From Parcubacteria bacterium C7867-006 (lineage in GTDB: Bacteria; Patescibacteriota; Minisyncoccia; Phycocordibacterales; DATDWN01): a stretch of 64,000 nucleotides of DNA. Shown one piece after another: positions 1 through 9,038 of this stretch (the stretch's first letter is position 1; every line of letters starts with the position of its first letter). The notes beneath the pieces are model-generated. The model worked only from the letters and a program-made list of their open reading frames with translations. It was not told where the DNA came from and did not search any database. The stretch covers positions 1,998-65,997 of the forward strand of contig LFCP01000004.1 in assembly GCA_001189155.1 (NCBI GenBank), given 5' to 3'. A program made the translations under genes and the position numbers.

Positions 1-249
1 AGTCCAGCCCGTGGAGGTCTCGGTTTTCTAGCGTTTCAATCAAAAGCTACAGTCGTTCCGGTTGCAATAAACACTTTTCATGCGCTCAGCTGGAAAGTGT
101 TTTTGTTAAGAAAAAGAAAAGTGGTGATTGATATTCTGAAACCAATAAAAGCAGATGAACTTTTCATAACAGATAATCCAACTGTTGATGATTATAGGCG
201 TGCATCACAGTTAGTTATGGATGTGATTAGAGAGAAAATATATAAATAA
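1..249 (+). CDS. C-terminal fragment of a PlsC-like acyltransferase (5' end outside window)
   Basis: Frame-1 ORF runs from the window edge to TAA at 247-249. Translation ...GGLGFLAFQSKATVVPVAINTFHAL... resembles the C-terminal part of lysophospholipid acyltransferases. A second plsC-like gene follows immediately. Confidence 0.4.
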   Translation, partial: SPARGGLGFLAFQSKATVVPVAINTFHALSWKVFLLRKRKVVIDILKPIKADELFITDNPTVDDYRRASQLVMDVIREKIYK

Positions 250-253
250 AAAT

Positions 254-952
254 ATGTCTGATAAATCAAACACTTTAGGATATCATGACAGTTTGTTTTT
301 AAGGTTTATGTATATTTTTATTAAATTAACTCTAGGAACTATCGTTAGAGTAATTTGGGTCTTAGAAGTGCACGATATGAATAGGATGCCAAAAAATGGA
401 CCTCTAATTGTTGCTTTAAATCATCAAAGTTTTTTTGATTTTTTGTGTTTTGTTGCAGTATCTCCAAGAAAAATACATTTTTTATCAGCAGAAAAATTTT
501 TTTCACATATTTTATGGGGCCCATTGGTCAAGTTAACTAGTCAAATAAAAGTTGATAGATTTGTTCATGATAAAAGTGAAATTCATAAGATAGTTTATGA
601 CCATTTGGAATATGGAAAGGTTGTAGCTATTTTCCCCGAGGGGACAAGATCTCCTCATCAGAATGATATGCTGCCTGCTTTTACTGGTGTTGCTGAATTT
701 GCAATAAGAGGAAATGTCCCAGTTCTACCTGTTGGCATTAAAGGAACATATGAAGTAATGGCTAAACACGATAAAAGTCCTAAATTCAAAAAAATTGTTA
801 CAATACATATTGGTGAACCTGTGTATTTTGCGGAATACCATCATTCAAAATTGGACAAAAAAACTTTTAGAACTATTACCAACAGTATAATGATAGAAAT
901 ATCTAAATTATCAGGTAAAAATTATCCGCATTTAGAATATATAGACGAATGA
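254..952 (+). CDS. plsC: 1-acyl-sn-glycerol-3-phosphate acyltransferase (PlsC family)
   Basis: H(x)4D box NHQSFFD and the FPEGTRS motif, both typical of the PlsC family. Confidence 0.75.
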   Translation: MSDKSNTLGYHDSLFLRFMYIFIKLTLGTIVRVIWVLEVHDMNRMPKNGPLIVALNHQSFFDFLCFVAVSPRKIHFLSAEKFFSHILWGPLVKLTSQIKVDRFVHDKSEIHKIVYDHLEYGKVVAIFPEGTRSPHQNDMLPAFTGVAEFAIRGNVPVLPVGIKGTYEVMAKHDKSPKFKKIVTIHIGEPVYFAEYHHSKLDKKTFRTITNSIMIEISKLSGKNYPHLEYIDE

Positions 953-1608
953 AAGAACTAGTTATATTAGATATTGATAACACTATTTTGAAAGGATTTA
1001 GCCAAGGTCTTTTTGTTGATTATTTATACAAAAAGGGTCAAATTTCTTTTTTTCAGAAAATTTTAATAGTATTTTGGTTTGTTTTATATAAAATTGGTTT
1101 TATTAAAAACCCAAAACCTGCAATGGAGTATGGTTTATCATTTATTAAAAATAAAACTCTCGGGGAGGTAGATGAGACCGTGGATGACTTTTTTAATACA
1201 GTTTGGATTAAAAAAATATATCCTGAAATGGAAAAAATTATTAAGGATCATCAAAATAAAGGCAGAACATTAATTTTAGTATCAAATGCACCAGATGTTT
1301 TGGTTGAAAAACTAGCTAATTATTTAAAAATAAGTGAATGGGTTTCAACTGAGTTAGAAGTTAAGAATGGAATCTATACAGGAAAAATTATTGATGAGAT
1401 AATGTATGGTGAGCAAAAAATAAAAGGACTGAATAAATATATAAACGACAGAGGTTTGTCTTTAGAAAATTCTTGGGGGTATGGAGACCATGATACTGAC
1501 ATGTTTTTGCTTTCAGAAGTATCTCATCCGGTTGCAGTTAATCCCTCCGGTGGTTTAAGAAGTTTCGCTATAAAAAATAATTGGCAAATATTGAAAACTA
1601 AAATATGA
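949..1608 (+). CDS. HAD superfamily hydrolase (HAD-IB / phosphoserine-phosphatase-like)
   Basis: N-terminal LDIDNTIL (DxD nucleophile motif) and C-terminal GDHDTDM motif. Confidence 0.6.
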   Translation: MKELVILDIDNTILKGFSQGLFVDYLYKKGQISFFQKILIVFWFVLYKIGFIKNPKPAMEYGLSFIKNKTLGEVDETVDDFFNTVWIKKIYPEMEKIIKDHQNKGRTLILVSNAPDVLVEKLANYLKISEWVSTELEVKNGIYTGKIIDEIMYGEQKIKGLNKYINDRGLSLENSWGYGDHDTDMFLLSEVSHPVAVNPSGGLRSFAIKNNWQILKTKI

Positions 1609-3155
1609 ATATATTTGGTATAACAAGCATAATGATTTTCTTTTCAAGTATAGGTTTTGGTCTTTTTCTTTATTCTTCAAATAGAGAATCAAATTTAAAT
1701 AAGTCTTGGTTTGTTGTATCTATTTTTGTTGCTCTTTGGGGTCTTGCTCTTTATGGAGTGACTTCTACAGATAATGAGAGTGTAGCTTTGAATTGGCAAT
1801 ATTTACTAGACATTTCTGCATTAATGATTCCAGTTACATATTTTTCTTTTGTTTGTAATTTAATTAAAGTAAATTTTAATTTTTTAAGAAGAACAATTTT
1901 ATATTTTGGGGCTGTTTTAGCTATATTTACAGTCACACCATATTTTAAAATTGGTGTTATGAATAAGTACGGTTTTCATTGGATTAATCCTGGGCCTTAT
2001 TACATAATATTTCCTATTTTTTTTGCAACAGTAACTTTTCTATCATTAGCTTTACTAATTAAGGCTTATATAAAAACAAATGACTTGTTATTTAAAGCCC
2101 AAATCAGGAATACTTTGCTAGCTGGGGTAATTGGTTTTGGTGGTGGGATTACAAATTTTTTCCCACAGGTAATTAATATATATCCATTCGGAAATTATTT
2201 TGTTTTACTGTATGTATTTTTTATGAGTTATGGTGTTATAAAGTATAAACTACTTAGTAGAAAAATTATTTCTGCTCAATTGTTAAGTGGGGCTATTGTT
2301 TTGGTATTTTTATTTAACCTATTGCAACCAGATTCAATAGTAAATTGGGCGATAAAACTTTTGCTTTTTATTCTTATACTCGTTTTTTCTATTTTGTTGG
2401 TTAGGGGTGTTTATAAGGAGGTTGAGCAGAGAGAGAAAATACAAAAATTAGCTGATGATTTACAAAAGGCGAATCAGGGTCAGGCAAGTCTTATGCATTT
2501 TATGAACCACCAGGTGAAGGGGCGGTTGGGTAATATTAAAAATATTTTTGCCGAGCTTTTGACTGATGACTACGGGACAATGCCTGATGACTCAAAACCA
2601 CTTTTGGAAAAAGGTTTAGATGAGGCAGATATTGGTGTGAATTATGTTCAGAATATTTTGAAAGGAGCATCAGCTGAAAACGGAACATTGCCATATGATA
2701 TGAAACCGATGGATTTAAAGTCCACAGTTACAGAAGTTTTTGAAAAACAAAAAGATAAAGCAGAGGCTAAGGGTCTAAAAATTGATCTAGATGTTTCTGA
2801 CGGAGACTATTCGATGACAGGAGACTCTCTTGAGTTGGGTGAGGCCGTGAGAAATCTAATAGATAACTCCATAAACTACACTATTGAGGGAAGTATAAAA
2901 TTGCATCTATTTAATAATGGGAATTTTTTAAGGTTAGAAATAAAAGATACAGGTGTCGGGCTTTCTCCTGAAGACAAAGCAAAATTATTTAAATCCGGTG
3001 GTCGTGGAGAAGAATCAATAAAAATAAACACGAACTCAACTGGTTACGGTCTAGTGTTTGTAAAAGGTGTAGTGGAGGCTCACAAAGGTAAAGTTTGGGC
3101 AGAGTCAGAAGGCCGTGGTAAAGGTTCTGCATTTATAGTAGAGTTACCAAAATAA
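1605..3155 (+). CDS. sensor histidine kinase with multi-pass membrane N-terminus (LytS-type 5TM-like)
   Basis: Multiple hydrophobic helices, H-box HFMNHQVKGRLGNI, and HATPase_c G-boxes DTGVGLS and GYGLVFVKGVVEAHKGKVWAE. No response regulator is adjacent. Confidence 0.75.
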   Translation: MNIFGITSIMIFFSSIGFGLFLYSSNRESNLNKSWFVVSIFVALWGLALYGVTSTDNESVALNWQYLLDISALMIPVTYFSFVCNLIKVNFNFLRRTILYFGAVLAIFTVTPYFKIGVMNKYGFHWINPGPYYIIFPIFFATVTFLSLALLIKAYIKTNDLLFKAQIRNTLLAGVIGFGGGITNFFPQVINIYPFGNYFVLLYVFFMSYGVIKYKLLSRKIISAQLLSGAIVLVFLFNLLQPDSIVNWAIKLLLFILILVFSILLVRGVYKEVEQREKIQKLADDLQKANQGQASLMHFMNHQVKGRLGNIKNIFAELLTDDYGTMPDDSKPLLEKGLDEADIGVNYVQNILKGASAENGTLPYDMKPMDLKSTVTEVFEKQKDKAEAKGLKIDLDVSDGDYSMTGDSLELGEAVRNLIDNSINYTIEGSIKLHLFNNGNFLRLEIKDTGVGLSPEDKAKLFKSGGRGEESIKINTNSTGYGLVFVKGVVEAHKGKVWAESEGRGKGSAFIVELPK

Positions 3156-3841
3156 TGGCTCAGGAAAATGTTTGGGAAAGGGAATATAGAAAATCAAAAC
3201 TTTTAACAAAAGAGAACAAACCACAGTCAGATGTGGTTCGTTTTGTTCAGTTTTTAAAAAAGGAAGAAGGACTAATTCCTGAAAATTTAAGTATTTTGGA
3301 TCTTGGTTCTGGAACAGGAAGAAATAGTTTTTATTTTGCAGAAATAGGGAATAAGGTTTTGGGTTTAGAAATATCAAAAACTGCAATAGAAATAGGAAAT
3401 GATAATGCAAAAAATGCTGGTTTGAATGTTAAGTATATAAAGCAAAGCATTGGAGAAATATTTCCATGTGACAGTGAGTCAGTTGATGTTGTTTTAGACG
3501 TTACATCATCCAACTCCTTAAATGAGTCAGAAAGGGAAGTGTTTCTATCTGAAACAAATCGTGTTTTAAAAAGTGGAGGGTATTTTTTTACAAAAGCTCT
3601 GTGTAAAGATGGTGATGATAATGCAAAATTTTTAATAAAAAATTTTCCAGGAAAAGAAAAAGATACATATATAATGCCTGAGCTCGGGGTGACAGAGCGA
3701 GTGTGGACCAAAGATGATTTTGTTCAGACCTATGAGAAATATTTTAAAATTTTACATATGGAAAAAAAGACAAGTTATTCTCGTATGAACAGTCGGAGCT
3801 ATAAAAGAAACTTTTGGATTGTGTATATGAAAAAAGCTTAA
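3155..3841 (+). CDS. class I SAM-dependent methyltransferase
   Basis: Motif I LDLGSGTGRNSFYFAE. Confidence 0.6.
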   Translation: MAQENVWEREYRKSKLLTKENKPQSDVVRFVQFLKKEEGLIPENLSILDLGSGTGRNSFYFAEIGNKVLGLEISKTAIEIGNDNAKNAGLNVKYIKQSIGEIFPCDSESVDVVLDVTSSNSLNESEREVFLSETNRVLKSGGYFFTKALCKDGDDNAKFLIKNFPGKEKDTYIMPELGVTERVWTKDDFVQTYEKYFKILHMEKKTSYSRMNSRSYKRNFWIVYMKKA

Positions 3842-3843
3842 TA

Positions 3844-3871
3844 TTGACTTTTTTAAAAAATAAGTTATACT
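3844..3871 (+). promoter_or_regulatory. sigma70-like promoter TTGACT-N16-TATACT upstream of the GC-rich clpP-like cassette
   Basis: TTGACT at 3844-3849, TATACT at 3866-3871, about 26 nt before RBS aaaggggag and ATG 3898. Confidence 0.4.
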
Positions 3872-3897
3872 ATGTGGCTAGGAAAGGGGAGTTAGCT

Positions 3898-4470
3898 ATG
3901 AATGACTTGCAGAGAAGGTGGCTTGAGAAGAATCGCATCGGCATCATCGACGAGGTCAATCGCGACATGTTCGTTTATGTTCGCGAGGCAATCGCCATCA
4001 AAATGGGTGAAGGTGGCCCACCAATCACAGTTCACATCTCAAGTGGTGGTGGCGCTGTTGTATGGGGTCTCGATATCTATGACCTCATCAACTTCTACCC
4101 GGGCAAGAAGGTCGGGGTCGTACATTCTATGGCGGCATCGATGGCATCCATCATCCTCCAGGCGTGTGACTGGCGAACGGCAACACCTTACGCTTCAGTT
4201 CTGATTCACCACGTGAACAACCAGAACCTCAAGCTGGATGTTGCCAGAGACAAGAATGAGCTCGAGAAGTTCATCGCCGGCATGGAGAAGAGCCAGAGCA
4301 AGTTGTATGAGATTCTTGTTCGGCGCACTGGAAAACCGATGGAGGAAATCAGTGCCCGTTGCAAGATGGAAGAATCCATGACTGCGCAGGAGGCGCTCAA
4401 CTATCACCTCATCGACCAGATTGTGGTTCAGGAGTCTGACGTGGTGATTCCAGAACCCGAAAAGAAATAA
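3898..4470 (+). CDS. ClpP-like serine protease (S14 family) encoded on a GC-rich islet
   Basis: Aligns by eye to ClpP: GGAVVWGLDIYD, catalytic Ser context VHSMAASMASI, His context SVLIHH, and the C-terminal EALNYHLIDQIV block. The ORF-track start at 3814 is an AT-rich in-frame extension. The true start is ATG 3898, preceded by an SD. GC-ending codons contrast with the flanks. Confidence 0.65.
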   Translation: MNDLQRRWLEKNRIGIIDEVNRDMFVYVREAIAIKMGEGGPPITVHISSGGGAVVWGLDIYDLINFYPGKKVGVVHSMAASMASIILQACDWRTATPYASVLIHHVNNQNLKLDVARDKNELEKFIAGMEKSQSKLYEILVRRTGKPMEEISARCKMEESMTAQEALNYHLIDQIVVQESDVVIPEPEKK

Positions 4471-4471
4471 C

Positions 4472-4528
4472 AGCTTCATGCAGGAGAGCCGATTGCGGCC
4501 CGCCTGCATGAAGCTTTTCTGTTTTTTA
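4472..4528 (+). terminator. rho-independent terminator (13-bp GC-rich stem + T-run)
   Basis: agcttcatgcagg ... cctgcatgaagct followed by tttctgtttttt. Confidence 0.6.
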
Positions 4529-4551
4529 ATAAAATCTGTTAGAATATTTCT

Positions 4552-5532
4552 ATGACTAAAAAAACATTACTTTCGGGAGTAAAACCTACAGGACGGCCAC
4601 ATATTGGAAACTATTTTGGTGCTATGCGCCAGTTCGTTGATATGCAGGATGAGTATAATGCTATATATATGATAGCTGACTATCACGCGCTTAACTTTAT
4701 TCAAAATAAAGAGGAGTTGAATCAAGCTATCATTGATTTAACTATAGACTATCTAGCTCTAGGTTTGGACCCTAAAAAATCTATTATTTTCAAACAATCA
4801 GATGTAATGGAGCATACAGAATTGGCTTGGATTTTTGACACTATTACAACAATGCCGTATCTAGAGAGAGCTCATGCATACAAGGATGCCGAGGTAAAGA
4901 ATAAGGAAATAAGTGTTGGAACTTTTAACTACCCGATGCTTATGGCTGCAGATATTTTGTTATATGACGTTGATGCAGTACCTGTTGGTCAGGATCAAAA
5001 ACAGCATGTTGAGTATGCTCGTGATACAGCACAAAAATTTAACTTCATTTTTGGAAAAGAAGTTTTTAAACTTCCTGAATCAAAGATATTAGGTGAAGTA
5101 GCAGTCGTTCCTGGAATTGATGGTCAGAAAATGAGTAAAAGTTATGGAAACACAATTCCGCTTTTTGCTACATTGGATGAAATCACAAAAGCAGTGATGT
5201 CTATTCCTACAGACTCAAAACCAATGAACGAACCTAGAAATCCGGAGGAAGACAATGTTTTTAAACTTCACAAACTATTTTCAAAATCAGAGGATTTATT
5301 TGTTTTGAGAGAAAGATATGAAAAAGGTGAAATAGGTCACAAAGAATCAAAAGAGATTTTGATAAAAAATATTGATGCTTTTATTGCACCACTTCGTGAA
5401 AAGAGAGATCAAATAGCTCACGATATAGATTATGTTCTAGATGTTTTGAAAGATGGTGGAAAGAGAGCAAAAGCAAAAGCAGAAAAGAAAATGGAAGCTG
5501 TGCGAGAGGTGATAGGAGTTAAACTATACTAA
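4552..5532 (+). CDS. trpS: tryptophanyl-tRNA synthetase
   Basis: Class I HIGH-type motif PTGRPHIGNYFGA and the KMSKS motif (QKMSKSYGN). Length 326 aa. Confidence 0.9.
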   Translation: MTKKTLLSGVKPTGRPHIGNYFGAMRQFVDMQDEYNAIYMIADYHALNFIQNKEELNQAIIDLTIDYLALGLDPKKSIIFKQSDVMEHTELAWIFDTITTMPYLERAHAYKDAEVKNKEISVGTFNYPMLMAADILLYDVDAVPVGQDQKQHVEYARDTAQKFNFIFGKEVFKLPESKILGEVAVVPGIDGQKMSKSYGNTIPLFATLDEITKAVMSIPTDSKPMNEPRNPEEDNVFKLHKLFSKSEDLFVLRERYEKGEIGHKESKEILIKNIDAFIAPLREKRDQIAHDIDYVLDVLKDGGKRAKAKAEKKMEAVREVIGVKLY

Positions 5533-5561
5533 GAGACTCTATTTTGATAGTATAAAATTCT

Positions 5562-6956
5562 ATGAAAAGAACTTATATAAAGGATTTGAGTAAGGAAGTT
5601 GGTCAGGAAGTTACTATTTCTGGCTGGGTGGATGTTCGTCGAGACCAAGGGAAAATGGTCTTTATGGATATGCGAGATATGACTGGAAAGGTGCAAGGTG
5701 TTGTTCTCCCAAACCATCCAGAGGCTATAGAGCAGGTAAAAGAGGTGAGAAACGAATGGGTTCTCTCTGTAACTGGCCTTATAAATAAACGACCAGAAAG
5801 AAATGTTAAAGCTGGTGTTCTAAATGGTGATATAGAAATGGAAATCACTGGTATAGAAGTTTTGAATAAATCAGAGACTATTCCTTTTGATATTTCTGGG
5901 GACACAAAAGAAATAAATGAGGAAGTTCGTTTGAAGTATAGATATGTTGATTTGCGTTCAGATAGAATGCAGAAAAATATCAGGAATCGGCACAAAGTAA
6001 TAAAGTTTATTCGAGATTATTTGGATAATGAAAACTTTATTGAAGTTGAGACTCCTATACTTACAAAATCAACTCCAGAAGGTTCACGAGATTATGTTGT
6101 GCCTGCGAGACTTTATCCAGGAAAGTTTTATGCACTTCCACAATCACCACAACAGTACAAACAACTACTTATGACAGCTGGTGTAGAGAAATATTTCCAG
6201 ATTGCACGATGTATGCGAGATGAGGATACTCGCGGAGACAGACAACCAGAGTTCACACAGTTAGATATGGAAATGAGTTTTGTTAAACAAGAAGATGTAA
6301 TGGAACTAAATGAGAAACTTTTGATCGAACTTGTTACAAAACTATATCCAGAAAAGAAAATTCAACAGATTCCTTTCCCACGACTTACATATGCAGAAGC
6401 AATGGAGAAGTATGGAAACGATAAACCTGATCTAAGAGAAGATAAAAATGATCCAGACTTACTGGCTTTCTGTTGGGTTATTGATTTTCCTTTCTTTGAG
6501 AAAACAGACACAGGAGCATGGACATTTACACACAACCCATTTTCACGACCAAAGCCAGAACATGTTGAGTGGCTAATGAAAAAAGAAAATATTGGTGAAA
6601 TACTGACAACTCAGTATGACGTTGCTCTAAACGGTATGGAAATTGGTGGAGGAAGTATAAGAAACCATGATCCAGAGGCTTTGCGAAAAGTTTTTGAAAT
6701 AATGGGTCACGAGTCAGATGCTATAGACAGAAACTTCGGTCATATGATGACAGCTTTTTCTCTTGGAACTCCACCACACGGAGGTATCGCTTGGGGACTA
6801 GATAGGTTCGTGATGACACTTCAGAATGAACCGAACATTCGTGAAGTTATTCCTTTTGCAAAAACAGGAGAAGGTAAAGACCCTATGATGGACTCTCCAG
6901 CAGAAATTTCTGTTGACCAACTATTGGAACTCGGAATTACTCTAAGAAAGAAATAA
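5562..6956 (+). CDS. aspS: aspartyl-tRNA synthetase, short (archaeal/non-discriminating-type, no GAD insertion). AsnRS not fully excluded
   Basis: Class IIb motifs: LPQSPQQYKQLLM, ARCMRDED, GGGSIR. At 464 aa it lacks the bacterial insertion domain. Confidence 0.75.
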   Translation: MKRTYIKDLSKEVGQEVTISGWVDVRRDQGKMVFMDMRDMTGKVQGVVLPNHPEAIEQVKEVRNEWVLSVTGLINKRPERNVKAGVLNGDIEMEITGIEVLNKSETIPFDISGDTKEINEEVRLKYRYVDLRSDRMQKNIRNRHKVIKFIRDYLDNENFIEVETPILTKSTPEGSRDYVVPARLYPGKFYALPQSPQQYKQLLMTAGVEKYFQIARCMRDEDTRGDRQPEFTQLDMEMSFVKQEDVMELNEKLLIELVTKLYPEKKIQQIPFPRLTYAEAMEKYGNDKPDLREDKNDPDLLAFCWVIDFPFFEKTDTGAWTFTHNPFSRPKPEHVEWLMKKENIGEILTTQYDVALNGMEIGGGSIRNHDPEALRKVFEIMGHESDAIDRNFGHMMTAFSLGTPPHGGIAWGLDRFVMTLQNEPNIREVIPFAKTGEGKDPMMDSPAEISVDQLLELGITLRKK

Positions 6957-6958
6957 TA

Positions 6959-7540
6959 ATGTCTAATTCTGATTGGGTAACATACTTTAATCAAACAAAA
7001 GATCGTAAACCCAGGCCACTTTTAGTCGAAGCTATAGAGCATGTTAATAGTAGAAATGAAGCTTTGGATTTAGGTTCTGGAGCCCTAAATGACGTCAGAT
7101 TTCTAGTCTCTGAAGGCTTCAATCATGTTACAGCAGTTGATCACGAGCCCTTGGCTCAGGATATAATAAATAACTTCCCAAAAGACATAGTCGATTATGT
7201 CATCTGTGATTTCATAGATTTTAATTTTGAAAAAGATAAATTTGATCTAATAAATTCACAGTATTCTTTGCCGTTCATTTATCCAGATTATTTGTTAAAA
7301 ATTATTGCTTCAATTGAAGACTCTTTAGTAACAGGGGGGATTTTTACTGGTCAGTTTTTTGGAATTAATGATGAATGGAATGTTGGTAATAGTAAAATGA
7401 ATTTTCACACCAAAGAACAAGCAGAGGAACTCCTATCAAAGTTTAAAGTTATAAAATTTACTGAGGATGAGTCTGATGCGATAACAGCAGCAGGCAAAAT
7501 GAAGCATTGGCATATTTTTCACTTTATTGTGCAAAAATAG
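6959..7540 (+). CDS. SAM-dependent methyltransferase (small)
   Basis: Motif LDLGSGALNDVRFLVSEGFNHVTAVD. Confidence 0.5.
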   Translation: MSNSDWVTYFNQTKDRKPRPLLVEAIEHVNSRNEALDLGSGALNDVRFLVSEGFNHVTAVDHEPLAQDIINNFPKDIVDYVICDFIDFNFEKDKFDLINSQYSLPFIYPDYLLKIIASIEDSLVTGGIFTGQFFGINDEWNVGNSKMNFHTKEQAEELLSKFKVIKFTEDESDAITAAGKMKHWHIFHFIVQK

Positions 7541-7565
7541 GTTTGTATTTGGTACAATAAAATAA

Positions 7566-8294
7566 ATGGAATCTTCCTATAACGTAAAAACTCATATATT
7601 TGAGGGACCACTGGATACACTACTTTCCCTCATCGAAAAAAGAAAACTTTTTATAAATGATATTTCACTTGCACAGGTGGCGGATGACTATATTTCATAT
7701 GTTAAATCTCTAACAGATTTTCCAATAGCGGATTCTGCTCATTTTGTTTTGATTGCATCTACACTTGTTCTCATCAAATCCAAATCACTTTTGCCTAACC
7801 TCAGTTTGACGGAGGAGGAGCAGAGCAATATCGACGATCTAGAAGATAGGCTGAAACAATATCAGAAATACAAGGCATTGAGTCTGCATCTCAAAGAAAG
7901 ATTTGGAATAAACACAGAGTATTTAAGGCTTCCATCAAAAGAGAAGATAATAGTTTTTACCCCTGATAAAAATACTTCGGTTGCTAGAATAAATGAGGTT
8001 ATAAAATCTGTTATAGCAGGAATGCCTAAAAAAGAGTTTGTTCCAAAGGCAGTGGTGCAAAAAGTTATAAGTTTGGAGGAAATGATGGACAGTTTAGCTG
8101 AGAGAATAACAAAAAGCATGAAAATGACTTTCAAGGATTTTGCTGGTGTTGGAAAAACAGAGAAGGTAAATGTTATAGTTTCTTTTTTAGCTATGTTGGA
8201 GTTGGTAAAACAAGGAATAATTCAGGTACGACAAGATAAGGATTTTCATGATATTGAAATAGAGACAAATGAGGTTGGTGTGCCATCATACTAA
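7566..8294 (+). CDS. scpA: segregation and condensation protein A
   Basis: N-terminal FEGPLDTLLSLIEKRKLFINDISLAQVADDY, typical of ScpA. Confidence 0.8.
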   Translation: MESSYNVKTHIFEGPLDTLLSLIEKRKLFINDISLAQVADDYISYVKSLTDFPIADSAHFVLIASTLVLIKSKSLLPNLSLTEEEQSNIDDLEDRLKQYQKYKALSLHLKERFGINTEYLRLPSKEKIIVFTPDKNTSVARINEVIKSVIAGMPKKEFVPKAVVQKVISLEEMMDSLAERITKSMKMTFKDFAGVGKTEKVNVIVSFLAMLELVKQGIIQVRQDKDFHDIEIETNEVGVPSY

Positions 8295-8474
8295 TCTCTT
8301 TTTCGCAAAACCTTTTTAGAGACAAAAACTTTTCCAGCGAAAAGTTTTTTCTGTCCTCGGCTTTGATTTGTCAATGAGCTCTGATTACAGAGTCGTTGAC
8401 AAAACCATGCTCAAAGCCTGTGGATGCTCTAAAAAGATTTTGGCTCAAAGAGATTTTCGAGTATACTTAATCTG

Positions 8475-9038
8475 ATGAAATCGAGTGAACTTATAAAACA
8501 AATAGAGGCTGTGCTTTTTTATCTTGCGGAGCCTGTGAAGATTGATTTTCTTGCTAAAACGCTAGAAGTCTCCAAAAAAGAGATAGAAGCTGGTTTGAAG
8601 GAGTTGGAAGAAAATCTAAAAAATAGGGGAGTTAGAATTGTAAATCACAATGATGAAATAGTTCTAACAACCGCACCAGAACTTGCCCCTCTTATTGAGA
8701 AAATCATAAAGGAGGAGAGAGAAAGGGATTTGGGGCGGGCAGGGATTGAGACTCTCTCTATTATTGCCTATAAAGGTCCAGTCAGTAAAAAAGAAATAGA
8801 GTACATAAGAGGGGTTAACTCTCAGTTTGCCTTAAGAAACCTGCTTCTGCGTGGGCTTGTGGAAAGAAAGGCTAGTACTTGGGATGAACGTGTTATAGTT
8901 TATAGCATTACAGCTGATACTCTGAGGTATCTAGGACTGAGTAGGATAGATGAGTTGCCAGAGTATGGTGAGGTTAGAAAACAACTGGAGATTGAAGAAG
9001 CGGAAGAGGTAGAGGAAACAGAAAACGAAAATGGATAA
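8475..9038 (+). CDS. scpB: segregation and condensation protein B
   Basis: IEAVLFYLAEPVKIDFLAKTL and tandem winged-helix pattern. Follows scpA after a 180-bp structured spacer. Confidence 0.8.
   Translation: MKSSELIKQIEAVLFYLAEPVKIDFLAKTLEVSKKEIEAGLKELEENLKNRGVRIVNHNDEIVLTTAPELAPLIEKIIKEERERDLGRAGIETLSIIAYKGPVSKKEIEYIRGVNSQFALRNLLLRGLVERKASTWDERVIVYSITADTLRYLGLSRIDELPEYGEVRKQLEIEEAEEVEETENENG

Noticed and set aside
3814-3897. ORF-track start at 3814 for the ClpP-like gene (MDCVYEKSLILTFLKNK...)
   Set aside because: This AT-rich in-frame extension overlaps the preceding methyltransferase and contains the promoter. The SD plus ATG at 3898 coincides with the compositional switch and the start of ClpP homology.
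3902-4204. Alternative-frame 100-aa ORF inside the ClpP-like islet
   Set aside because: Arg/Ser-rich low-complexity translation typical of an off-frame reading in GC-rich coding sequence. The ClpP frame has clear homology.
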